From the NCBI GenBank assembly GCA_019508115.1, contig JAEKMC010000069.1:1-60823 (forward strand): a stretch of 60,823 nt of DNA, in the 5' to 3' direction. The notes beneath the pieces are model-generated. The model was not told the DNA's origin, did no database searches, and was given only the letters and a program-made list of their open reading frames with translations. This document shows, piece by piece, positions 30,721-39,461 of this stretch (position 1 is the stretch's first letter; the number at the start of each line of letters is the position of its first letter). This stretch comes from Sphingomonas sp. GTDB lineage: Bacteria; Pseudomonadota; Alphaproteobacteria; Sphingomonadales; Sphingomonadaceae. Made by a program: the position numbers and the translations under genes.

Positions 30721-32438
30721 GCGCGGTCCTGGGTATTTCGGCTTATTATCACGACTCGGCCGCCGCGCTGATCGTCGATGGCGAGGTGATTGCCGCCGTA
30801 CAGGAAGAGCGGCTGTCCCGGCGCAAGAATGATCCGGGCATGCCGCAGCGCGCCGCCGAGGCATGCCTGCGGCAGGCGAGGTTGGAGGCCCAGGATCTCG
30901 ACCGTATCGTCTTCTACGAGAATCCGTTCGGGCGGCTGGAGCGCGTGGTCCTGTCGTCGCTTCGCGCCTTTCCGCGCTCGTGGCGGCATTTCCCGGCCGC
31001 CCTGCAATCGCAGATCGGAAGCAAGATCTGGGTGCTGGACGGCATTGCCGGCGCGCTCGGCGTGCCGCGCGGCAAGATCACCACGGTCGGTCATCACGAG
31101 AGCCATGCGGCGAGCGCGTTTTTCCCGAGTCCGTTCGAAGAGGCCGCGATCCTCACCGTCGACGGGATGGGGGAGGATGAATCGACCGCGATCTGGCATG
31201 GCGCCGATACCGATCTGCGCTGTCTCGCCAGCATCCCCTATCCGCATTCGATCGGGCTGCTCTACGCCGCGATCACCGCCTTCCTCGGCTTCGAGGTCAA
31301 TGAGGGCGAATATAAGGTCATGGGTCTGGCGGCGTTCGGGAAGCCGAGCTTCCAGAACGAATTCCGGACCCTGCTGCAGCTCCAGGCGGACGGCGCGTTC
31401 GAGCTCAACACGCAATATTTCGCGTTCCATACCGACATCAACATCGCGTTCAGTCCCAGGCTGGAACGCCTGCTCGGTCCGCCGCGCCAGCGCGGCAAGG
31501 CGTGGGATCTGACCGGCGACGAAACCGATCAGCGCTACGCGGATATCGCCGCCTCGCTTCAGTGGATTACCGAAGAGGCGTTGCTGGGCCTGGCGCGTGA
31601 GGCGCGACGGCGCACCGGCAGCGCCAATCTGTGCCTCGCGGGCGGCGTGGCGCTCAATTGCGTCGCCAATGCGCGGCTGCTGCGTGAGAGCGGCTTTTCG
31701 CGCATCTTCGTGCAACCGGCCGCGGGCGACGCGGGCGGCGCGCTCGGCGCGGCAATGCTTGGCGCGATCGAGCTCGATCGCGAACGCCCGGCACGGATGA
31801 CCAGCGCGGCGCTTGGCGTGCCAATCTGCAATGACGCGGCGCGCGCCCTGTGCGGTTCGCTCGGCCTGCACTGGCGCTATCCGGGCGACATATTGGACGA
31901 GGCGGCCGATCTTGTCCTGCGCGGCAAGATCGGCGCCTTCGTGCGCGGCCGTTTCGAATGGGGGCCGCGTGCGCTGGGGCAGCGTTCGATCATCGCATCG
32001 CCCGCCGATCCCGGGATGCGCGACCGCATCAATCAGGTCGTCAAGAAGCGCGAGCCGTTCCGGCCCTTCGCTCCGGCGGTGCTGAGCGACCGCGCGGCCG
32101 ATTGGTTTGCCGAGCATGACAATGACATGACCCCCTTCATGACCACCACCGCGCGCGTGGTGGAGCGGCAGGCAGGGGATATCGGCGCCGTCCGTCATGT
32201 CGACGGCACGGCGCGCGTCCAGACCGTGACCGCGCAGGCCTCGTCCGATTTCTGCGGCCTGCTTGAGCGGATGGAACGCAACGGCGCACCGCCGATCGTG
32301 CTGAACACGTCGCTCAACGGCGCGGGAGAGCCGATCATAGGCGACGAGGCCGATGCGCTCGGTTTCTTCATGTCGCACCCGGTCGATTTCATGGTCCTGG
32401 GCGACATCCTTCTGGAAAAGGGAGCAAATCCGTCATGA
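30717..32438 (+). CDS. Carbamoyltransferase, CmcH/NodU/TobZ/SxtI family
   Basis: GISAYYHDSAA, HHESHAASAF, DGMGE, GEYKVMGLA, AGGVALNC, WGPRALGQRS, REPFRPFAP, HVDGTARVQTV and NTSLN. Confidence 0.95.
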   Translation: MSAVLGISAYYHDSAAALIVDGEVIAAVQEERLSRRKNDPGMPQRAAEACLRQARLEAQDLDRIVFYENPFGRLERVVLSSLRAFPRSWRHFPAALQSQIGSKIWVLDGIAGALGVPRGKITTVGHHESHAASAFFPSPFEEAAILTVDGMGEDESTAIWHGADTDLRCLASIPYPHSIGLLYAAITAFLGFEVNEGEYKVMGLAAFGKPSFQNEFRTLLQLQADGAFELNTQYFAFHTDINIAFSPRLERLLGPPRQRGKAWDLTGDETDQRYADIAASLQWITEEALLGLAREARRRTGSANLCLAGGVALNCVANARLLRESGFSRIFVQPAAGDAGGALGAAMLGAIELDRERPARMTSAALGVPICNDAARALCGSLGLHWRYPGDILDEAADLVLRGKIGAFVRGRFEWGPRALGQRSIIASPADPGMRDRINQVVKKREPFRPFAPAVLSDRAADWFAEHDNDMTPFMTTTARVVERQAGDIGAVRHVDGTARVQTVTAQASSDFCGLLERMERNGAPPIVLNTSLNGAGEPIIGDEADALGFFMSHPVDFMVLGDILLEKGANPS

Positions 32439-32626
32439 AGAAGGCAACCACCGCCAGCGCCTTCGCCTCCAGGATCGTCACGGTCGGTCAGCTGATCGGC
32501 CATTTCTCGACCGGACGCCGGATATTCATGCTGCCGCTGCTGATCCTGATCCTGATCAGCAGCCTGCTTCTCGTCCTGGCCGGGGGGCTGAGCTATGTCG
32601 CGCCCTTCGTCTACGCGATCGTCTAG
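32435..32626 (+). CDS. DUF5989 / SxtK-like small membrane protein
   Basis: 63 aa, translationally coupled to the carbamoyltransferase (ATGA), RR..MLPLL hydrophobic helix and C-terminal APFVYAIV. Confidence 0.8.
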   Translation: MKKATTASAFASRIVTVGQLIGHFSTGRRIFMLPLLILILISSLLLVLAGGLSYVAPFVYAIV

Positions 32627-32632
32627 GCAGTC

Positions 32633-33868
32633 TTGAGCCGTCCGGCCGACGCTACTCGTATCTGGGCCCTGATCGGGGGCATCTTCGCGATTCTCGAAAC
32701 CGGCATGATCTGGTGGCGCGTGGGTACGCTGCCGCTCTTCTGGATCTGTCTAATATGGGCTGCTTATCTCTCGTTCCTGGCACGGCGGGCACAGGGGGGG
32801 CTTGCGCGCTCTATTTGGCTCAATTGCGCCGCGGTGATCCTGGCGCTGGGCCTGTGCGAGGCGGCTCTGTGGCTGGGCGAGCGGCCTAATCCCTATGTCC
32901 TGCCCGCGGGAACGGCGATCGGCGGCACCTTCGCCATTCCCGGTTTCTTCACGATCATGCCCGCACCGGGGATCGGATACCGCCCGCGCGCCTCAGGCAG
33001 CGCTACCGCGGTCAAGGTCGCGAACGGGCGCGCTCTTTATTCGGTGCGCTACGATGTCGGTCCCGATGGCCTGCGCATAGGCGCGCCGGCTGCCGCGCAT
33101 CCCGAAGCCTGTCTGCTGATGTTCGGCGATTCGATGGCGTGGGGCGAAGGCTTGGACGATGGCGAGACGACCGCCTTCCTGATCGGCCAGCTCAGCCAGG
33201 GGCGCGTGCTGGCGCGCAACTTCGCCTTCACCGGCTACAGCGCGCATCAGATGCTCTGGCTGGTGCGGAGCGGGACGGTGATCGCCAAAGCGGGCTGTGA
33301 TCCGCGACGGCCGGTGATCGCGCTCTATCAGACGCTGCCCAACAATATCGCACGCGTGGCGGGTCTGCGTGGCTGGGACGATTATGGCCCGCGCTACATC
33401 CTGACCGGCGGCGCGCTGCGTTACGCGGGCGGTTTCGATCGCGGCCAATATATCCTGCGGGATCGGCTGTTCGTCCCGCGCTGGCTCGCCGGTCCGCTGT
33501 CGCGCAGCGTGGTCTATTCGCGCATTCTCGGGCGCGACCGGCGCGTGCGCGATTTCGATCTCGACCGGTTCGCAGCGGTGGTCGCGGCGGCCGACGCGGG
33601 CCTGCGGCGGGATTATCCGCGGCTGCGCTTCCTCGCGATCGTCTGGCCCGATCTGAGCGAGCCTGCCGAACCGCGTGGGCGCCAGGTCGCCGATCTGCTC
33701 GGCGCGCTCGGCCGGCGGCATGTTTCCGCGACTACTATCGGCGCGCTCGTGCCCCGCTTCGATGCGGACCCCGCGCCTTTCCTGATTACCGGAGACGGGC
33801 ACCCCAATGCCTTGATGAACCGCATGCTGGCGCTGGCGCTGCGCGACCACGAGCCCGCCTTGCGCTGA
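32633..33868 (+). CDS. Membrane-anchored SGNH/GDSL-family protein (SxtL-like)
   Basis: N-terminal TM helices, block I FGDSMAWGEG, RNFAFTGYS and C-terminal DGHPN. Confidence 0.82.
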   Translation: MSRPADATRIWALIGGIFAILETGMIWWRVGTLPLFWICLIWAAYLSFLARRAQGGLARSIWLNCAAVILALGLCEAALWLGERPNPYVLPAGTAIGGTFAIPGFFTIMPAPGIGYRPRASGSATAVKVANGRALYSVRYDVGPDGLRIGAPAAAHPEACLLMFGDSMAWGEGLDDGETTAFLIGQLSQGRVLARNFAFTGYSAHQMLWLVRSGTVIAKAGCDPRRPVIALYQTLPNNIARVAGLRGWDDYGPRYILTGGALRYAGGFDRGQYILRDRLFVPRWLAGPLSRSVVYSRILGRDRRVRDFDLDRFAAVVAAADAGLRRDYPRLRFLAIVWPDLSEPAEPRGRQVADLLGALGRRHVSATTIGALVPRFDADPAPFLITGDGHPNALMNRMLALALRDHEPALR

Positions 33869-33899
33869 CGATCCATTCACCCCCCGAAGGAGACGTTCG

Positions 33900-34259
33900 A
33901 TGGCAAAGAAAGCAACAGGTTCGGATCATGCGAAAGGCCTGGCGGGATGGCGGCCCCCGACCACGACCGCACAGCAGGGCAGCGCCAAAGTGGACTGGAC
34001 GCGTACCTTCCACGTCAATGACGGGCAGGCGTTCGTGTCGGGCCTGTTCGCGCTCTATCGCGACGTGTTCGACTCCTTCCTCAAGGATGCGGGGCAGGCG
34101 AGCGAGGTGGGTGAAACCACGCTCTATCAGGTCGCGACCGGGCCGCAGCTGCGCTTCGAAATCAAGCGGTTGGGCCCGAACGAGTTCGAGGTGCGCGGCG
34201 CGCATTTCGCCACGCCGTCGGGCATCAACATCTGCGTAGGGCTCAATCCGCACGAATAA
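33900..34259 (+). CDS. Hypothetical protein
   Basis: AAGGAG RBS, typical high-GC3 codon usage and operon position. No recognisable motif. Confidence 0.7.
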   Translation: MAKKATGSDHAKGLAGWRPPTTTAQQGSAKVDWTRTFHVNDGQAFVSGLFALYRDVFDSFLKDAGQASEVGETTLYQVATGPQLRFEIKRLGPNEFEVRGAHFATPSGINICVGLNPHE

Positions 34260-34315
34260 GGGGCGAGGTGGGGCGGCTGGCGCCGCTCCCACCGAGCATA
34301 TGGGGAACAGGGAGC

Positions 34316-35875
34316 ATGGCGTTTTTCCGGTATGCAGGGGCGGTGCGCCGATACATCCTGGTGGGCAGGGTGGTGACGATGACCGCCCAGAACCAGCTGT
34401 TTCCCAATGGAGCGATCTGCATCCAGGATGACAGCATCGTCGCGGTCGTTCCCGACCTTGCGCAGATCCCCGCCGCCTTCGCCGACGCCTCGGTGGTCGA
34501 CACGCAGGGGACCATTTTCCCCGGATTGATCGAGCTGCATAATCATCTGAGCTACAATTTCCTGCCGCTCTGGACGGTGCCGAAGAGGTACACCAACCGA
34601 AACCAGTGGCGTACGACCGAGCCGAGCTACGACACATTCGTGGCCGGACCGGCGCGGCTGCTCGGCAGCAATTACGATGTGGATTATCCGCGCAGCATCG
34701 CGCGCTTCGTCGAATGTCGTTCGCTGATGGGCGGGATCACGACCACGCAGGGGATCAGCGCCAGCTCGTCGGCGGGGAGCCAATATTATCAGGGGCTGAT
34801 CCGCAACGTCGAAGCGCCTGCCGATCCCGCTTTCCCCAAGGCATCCGGGCAGACGCTGGATTACGCGCCCGCCGATATCGCCGCCAAGCTCGTGCCCGCA
34901 TTGGCATCCAATCTGCCCTTCTTCTACCATCTCAGCGAAGGCACCGATGCCGATGCGAGGCAGCGTTTCCTCGACCTCCAATTTCAGCCCGCCAAATGGG
35001 CGATCACCGCGCATCTGATCACGATCCACTGCACCGCTCTCCAGGCGGCCGATTTTACCCGGCTTTCGCAGGATGCGGGCATGGTCTGGTCGCCTTTGTC
35101 CAACTTCCTGCTCTACGGGCAGACCAGCGATATCGCCCAGGCCAAGGCGCAGGGAATGACCATCGCATTGGGGTCGGACTGGTCGCCCAGCGGGAGCAAG
35201 AATATCCTCGGCGAGCTCAAGATCGCGCGGATCGTGAGCGGTAATCTGGGCGGGCTCTTCACCTCCGAGGAACTGGTTCGGATGGTGACGTCCACGCCCG
35301 CGAAGATGTTGGGCTGGGACGGCCTGGTCGGCACGATCCAGCCGGGGAAGAAAGCGGACCTGCTCATCGTGGATGGCGTTAAAGGCGATCCATTCGACCT
35401 TTTGATCGACACCACCGAATCCGATGTCCTCGCGGTCGTGATCGGGGGAAGGCCGCGCTATGGCCGGATGGGCTTCCTCGATTTCGATGCCGGCCGGCAG
35501 GAACATGTGCTGGTGGGCGGAATCAGCTACAGCCTCGATTTGACCGAGCCGGGCAGCGACCCGCTCGCGGGCCTTTCGCTGGCCACCGCCACCACCAAGC
35601 TTTCATATGGGTTGCAGAATCTGCCCAATCTGGTGCCCGCCACGCCGAGCGCGACCCTCATGGCGCTGAACATGCCGCGTGAACCCGCGATCAGCATCGA
35701 CATGGAACTCGATCCGGTGCCGCCGGGCGGGCTGATCGAGGCCTTCTCGCTGGCCGCGGCGCCCCCGTTGCAACCGATGACGCTGCCACCCATCACCGCC
35801 GTCGACGACCCCGGCTTCATCCCCGCGATCAAGGCCAACCCCAACCTTCCGGCCTTCTTGCGCAACGCACTGTAG
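34316..35875 (+). CDS. Metal-dependent amidohydrolase (cytosine/adenosine/MTA deaminase-related)
   Basis: PGLIELHNH, YHLSEG, IHCT, WSPLSN, LGSDWSPSGS and GKKADL. Confidence 0.88.
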   Translation: MAFFRYAGAVRRYILVGRVVTMTAQNQLFPNGAICIQDDSIVAVVPDLAQIPAAFADASVVDTQGTIFPGLIELHNHLSYNFLPLWTVPKRYTNRNQWRTTEPSYDTFVAGPARLLGSNYDVDYPRSIARFVECRSLMGGITTTQGISASSSAGSQYYQGLIRNVEAPADPAFPKASGQTLDYAPADIAAKLVPALASNLPFFYHLSEGTDADARQRFLDLQFQPAKWAITAHLITIHCTALQAADFTRLSQDAGMVWSPLSNFLLYGQTSDIAQAKAQGMTIALGSDWSPSGSKNILGELKIARIVSGNLGGLFTSEELVRMVTSTPAKMLGWDGLVGTIQPGKKADLLIVDGVKGDPFDLLIDTTESDVLAVVIGGRPRYGRMGFLDFDAGRQEHVLVGGISYSLDLTEPGSDPLAGLSLATATTKLSYGLQNLPNLVPATPSATLMALNMPREPAISIDMELDPVPPGGLIEAFSLAAAPPLQPMTLPPITAVDDPGFIPAIKANPNLPAFLRNAL

Positions 35876-35931
35876 CCCGCGCGGGCGCACGGGTAGGGAA
35901 AATCGGGCCTTGGCGCGCTAAACTGCGCCGC

Positions 35932-36567
35932 ATGACGAACCGGAAGGAGCGCGGACGGCCGCCGCACGGCGACATATTGACGCCCGCGGAATGGCGCGTG
36001 GCCGACAAGGTTCGCCATGGCATGACCAATCCCGCGATCGCCGCGATGCTCGGCGTCAGCACGGACGCGGTCAAATTCCACGTCGCCAACGTGCTGCAGA
36101 AACTGGGGCTCTCGAGCAGGGGCGAACTGCGGCGATGGAACGGCGTACGGCTGGACAGCCACCTCGCGAGACAGGAGCATGGCATGGGGATGGAGACGGA
36201 CTTCGGCGCAATCGGCCAGATCGCGCGCAGCGTGCGGGATATCGCCGCGGCCAGCGCCTTTTATGGCGAGACGTTGGGCCTGCGCCATCTTTACACCTAC
36301 GGCACGCTCGCCTTTTTCGATTGCGGCGGGGTGCGGCTCTTCCTGTCACAGGGAGACGGCGATGGAGCGGCGGAATCGATCCTCTATTTCCGTGTCGGCG
36401 ACATCCATGCCGAACAACGAAGGCTCGAAGCCAAGGGCGTCCTTTTCACCCATGCCCCGCACATGATCCATCGCCATGAGGACGGAGCCGAGGAATGGAT
36501 GGCCTTCTTCAAGGACAATGACGACCGTCCGCTCGCGCTGATGAGCCAGGCCGCGCCGCCGAATTGA
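35932..36567 (+). CDS. LuxR-type HTH fused to a VOC (glyoxalase) domain
   Basis: LTPAEWRV...TNPAIA...VKFHVANVLQKLG, then IGQIARSVRD...FYGETLGL...AFFKD. Confidence 0.88.
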   Translation: MTNRKERGRPPHGDILTPAEWRVADKVRHGMTNPAIAAMLGVSTDAVKFHVANVLQKLGLSSRGELRRWNGVRLDSHLARQEHGMGMETDFGAIGQIARSVRDIAAASAFYGETLGLRHLYTYGTLAFFDCGGVRLFLSQGDGDGAAESILYFRVGDIHAEQRRLEAKGVLFTHAPHMIHRHEDGAEEWMAFFKDNDDRPLALMSQAAPPN

Positions 36568-36572
36568 GCAGA

Positions 36573-38846
36573 TCAAGCCGGCTGGATGAAATTGTCGAGC
36601 ACGCGTTTGCGGCCGGCATGCTCGAAATCGATCTCCAGCTTGTTGCCCTCGATCTCCGCAACCAGCCCGTAGCCGAATTTCGAATGAAACACGCGCTGCC
36701 CCAGCGCGATATCGCTCCGCGGTTTCGCGGCGAAGCTGGCGGCACTCGCCTTCACCTCGGCCAGCCGTGTCGGGCTCATGTCGAGCGGCTTGCCGACCGC
36801 GCGTTGCCAGCCGGGGCCGCGCGTCGCGGCGCGGGCGACGTGCGCGAACGGGTCGGCCTGCTCGCTCCATTGCGCGCGCCACAGGCTTTCACCGCCGCTC
36901 ATCGTGGTTTCGCTGTCGATATGCTCGGCCGGCAGCTCGTTGACGAAACGCGAGGGGATGGACGAGGTCCATTGGCCGTAAATGCGGCGATTGGCGGCGT
37001 GGAAGATGTAGGCCCGTCGCCGTGCGCGCGTGATCGCGACGTAAGCGAGGCGGCGTTCCTCCTCCAGGCTGGCGGTGCCGCCCTCGTCGAGCGAACGTTG
37101 TGAGGGGAAGACGCCTTCCTCCCAACCCGCCAGGAACACCGTGTCGAATTCCAGTCCCTTGGCGGCGTGGATCGTCATGATCGTGACCTTGGCCTCATCG
37201 GCATTGGCGTCATTGTCCATGACGAGGCTGACATGCTCGAGGAATGCGCCGAGCGTCTCATATTCCTCCATCGCACGCGCCAACTCGGTCAGATTCTCGA
37301 GCCGTCCGGTGGCCTCGGTCGAACGCTCGGCCTGGAGCATGCCGGTATAGCCGCTCTCGTCGAGCATTAGCCGCGCAAGCTCGGCATGCGGCAGTTCGTC
37401 GAGTTTGGAGCGCCAGCGCGCAATGTCGCCGATCAGATTGCCGAGCGCGCGCCGCGCCTGCGGCGTGAGTTCGTCCGTGTCGAGGATGCGTGCAGCGGCG
37501 AGCGTGAGCGGCATGCCCTGACCGCGCGCCAATTGGTGCAGCTTGGCCATCGCCTTGTCGCCGATGCCGCGCTTGGGTACGTTGACGATCCGTTCGAAGG
37601 CGAGGTCGTCCGCCGGCTGCGCGATCACGCGCAGATAGGCCAGCGCGTCGCGGATCTCGGCGCGTTCGTAGAAGCGGAAGCCGCCGACGATGCGATAGGG
37701 CAGGCCGATCGCGATGAAGCGGTCCTCGAACTCGCGCGTCTGGAATTGCGCGCGCACCAGGATCGCGATCCGGTCGAGCGTGGTGCCGCCGCGTTGCGCG
37801 CTCTCGATCTCCTCGCCGACGCGGCGGGCTTCTTCCGGCCCATCCCAAACGCCGACCACGCGCACCTTCTCGCCGGTCGATTCCTGCGTCCACAAGGTCT
37901 TGCCGAGGCGCCCGCCATTATGCGCGATCACCCCAGACGCCGCGGCGAGGATGTGCGGCGTCGAGCGGTAATTCTGCTCGAGCCTGATCACCTTCGCGCC
38001 GGGAAAATCACGCTCGAACCGTAGGATATTGGCAACCTCTGCCCCGCGCCATGAATAGATCGACTGGTCGTCGTCCCCGACGCAGCAGATATTCTTGCGC
38101 TCCTGCGCGAGCAGCCGCAGCCACAGATATTGGCTGGCATTGGTGTCCTGATATTCGTCGACAAGAATGTAACGGAAGCGCTGCTGGTAGAGCTCCAGCA
38201 CGTCGCGATGCTTCTTCAGGATGACGAGCATGTGCAGCAGCAAGTCACCGAAATCACACGCATTCACGGCTTTCAGCCGCTCCTGATAAGCCGCATAGAA
38301 ATCGCGTCCGCGGCCATTCGCGAATTGCTCGCTCTCGGCGGCATCGACCTCCGCCGGTGTCCAGCCGCGATTCTTCCACCGGTCGATCAGCCCGGCGAGA
38401 GCGCGCGCGGTCCAGCGTTTCTCGTCGATGTCCGCCGCCTGGATCAGCTGCTTGAGCAAACGCAGCTGGTCGTCCGTGTCGAGGATCGTAAAATTGCCCT
38501 GCAAGCCGACCAGTTCGGCATGCCGCCGCAGCATCTTGGCCGCGATCGAATGGAAGGTGCCGAGCCAGGGCATGCCCTCGACCGCGCCACCGGTGATCCG
38601 CTCGACCCGCTCGCGCATCTCGCGTGCGGCCTTGTTGGTGAAGGTGACGGCAAGAATCTCGCTCGGCCAGGCGCGCCGCGTCGCGATCAGGTGGGCGAGC
38701 CGCGCGGTCAACGCCGCGGTCTTGCCCGTGCCCGCGCCCGCCAGCACCAGCACCGGGCCGTCGGTGGTCAGCACCGCCTCGCGCTGCGGTTCGTTCAGGC
38801 CCCGCAGATAGAGCGGGTCGTCGGGGGAGGGGGCAGGGAGACTCAC
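36573..38846 (-). CDS. uvrD: ATP-dependent DNA helicase UvrD/PcrA
   Basis: LNEPQREAV, AGAGTGKT, DEYQD, GDDDQSIY, HAAKGLEF and EERRLAYVAITRA. GTG start inferred. Confidence 0.95.
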   Translation of the reverse strand: MSLPAPSPDDPLYLRGLNEPQREAVLTTDGPVLVLAGAGTGKTAALTARLAHLIATRRAWPSEILAVTFTNKAAREMRERVERITGGAVEGMPWLGTFHSIAAKMLRRHAELVGLQGNFTILDTDDQLRLLKQLIQAADIDEKRWTARALAGLIDRWKNRGWTPAEVDAAESEQFANGRGRDFYAAYQERLKAVNACDFGDLLLHMLVILKKHRDVLELYQQRFRYILVDEYQDTNASQYLWLRLLAQERKNICCVGDDDQSIYSWRGAEVANILRFERDFPGAKVIRLEQNYRSTPHILAAASGVIAHNGGRLGKTLWTQESTGEKVRVVGVWDGPEEARRVGEEIESAQRGGTTLDRIAILVRAQFQTREFEDRFIAIGLPYRIVGGFRFYERAEIRDALAYLRVIAQPADDLAFERIVNVPKRGIGDKAMAKLHQLARGQGMPLTLAAARILDTDELTPQARRALGNLIGDIARWRSKLDELPHAELARLMLDESGYTGMLQAERSTEATGRLENLTELARAMEEYETLGAFLEHVSLVMDNDANADEAKVTIMTIHAAKGLEFDTVFLAGWEEGVFPSQRSLDEGGTASLEEERRLAYVAITRARRRAYIFHAANRRIYGQWTSSIPSRFVNELPAEHIDSETTMSGGESLWRAQWSEQADPFAHVARAATRGPGWQRAVGKPLDMSPTRLAEVKASAASFAAKPRSDIALGQRVFHSKFGYGLVAEIEGNKLEIDFEHAGRKRVLDNFIQPA

Positions 38847-38927
38847 GCGTGAACAGGTAGGGAACGACAAGGGCCGGGGCAACCGTTTGTCGCCGAGCCG
38901 GTCGGGTGCTGATGTGTGACGGGACGC

Positions 38928-38955
38928 GGAACTTTCCCGGGCTTTGAGCGGTAGG
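38928..38955 (+). promoter_or_regulatory. ECF-sigma-type promoter (GGAAC-N17-GGTA)
   Basis: A near-identical motif precedes both paralogous small genes. Confidence 0.5.
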
Positions 38956-38997
38956 GCCGTGTCGAGTCCCAATCCCGGCATTTCAAGGAGATTTCCC

Positions 38998-39354
38998 ATG
39001 AAGGCTCCCCTTTTCATGATCGCCGCCCTGATGGGCACCGCCGCGGTCGCGCAGACGGCCCCCGACGCCAATGCGCCTGCCAATACGCCGCCGGCTGCCG
39101 GCGCGACCACTCCTACCGCCCCACCCACGACCAGCATGGATACGACCGCTCCTGCTCCTGCCGCGCCGGCCAGCAGCATGGATGCCACCGCGCCCGCACC
39201 CACGGCACCGCCCGCGACGAGTGACAGCAGTATGGGCGTCGCAAACAATCCGCAGACGGCGACGGATACGTCCAACTATCCGGTCTGCTCGCGCAGCGTG
39301 ACCGACAAATGCCTGCAGCGCGGCGCAGTACATAAGACGCGTCGGCATCACTGA
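38998..39354 (+). CDS. Secreted Pro/Ala/Thr-rich protein with a C-terminal YPxCS(x5)xCxQ motif (paralogue 1)
   Basis: AAGGAG RBS, signal peptide ending AAVAQ, NYPVCSRSVTDKCLQ. Confidence 0.8.
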   Translation: MKAPLFMIAALMGTAAVAQTAPDANAPANTPPAAGATTPTAPPTTSMDTTAPAPAAPASSMDATAPAPTAPPATSDSSMGVANNPQTATDTSNYPVCSRSVTDKCLQRGAVHKTRRHH

Positions 39355-39367
39355 TCGTCTCGGGCGC

Positions 39368-39394
39368 GGAACTTTCCGGCTTGAGCGCCGTAGG
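39368..39394 (+). promoter_or_regulatory. ECF-sigma-type promoter (GGAAC-N16-CGTA)
   Basis: cgcggaactttccgg...gtagg is shared with the copy at 38925-38955. Confidence 0.5.
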
Positions 39395-39461
39395 TTCCGC
39401 GCCGCCCCCGCCGGCAAAGCGGGAACGGTTCACAAGATTCGTGAGCCAAGGAGTACGACCC

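Noticed and set aside
28670-33868. Saxitoxin biosynthetic cluster (sxtB/I/J/K/L-like genes)
   Set aside because: The window has no sxtA PKS-like gene, sxtG amidinotransferase or Rieske oxygenases. sxtIJKL-like cassettes occur in non-producers, and the deaminase keeps canonical Cdd motifs.
38847-39275. 143-aa N-terminal extension of UvrD in the ORF track
   Set aside because: It is antisense to the real secreted-protein gene. Helicase homology starts near 38846.
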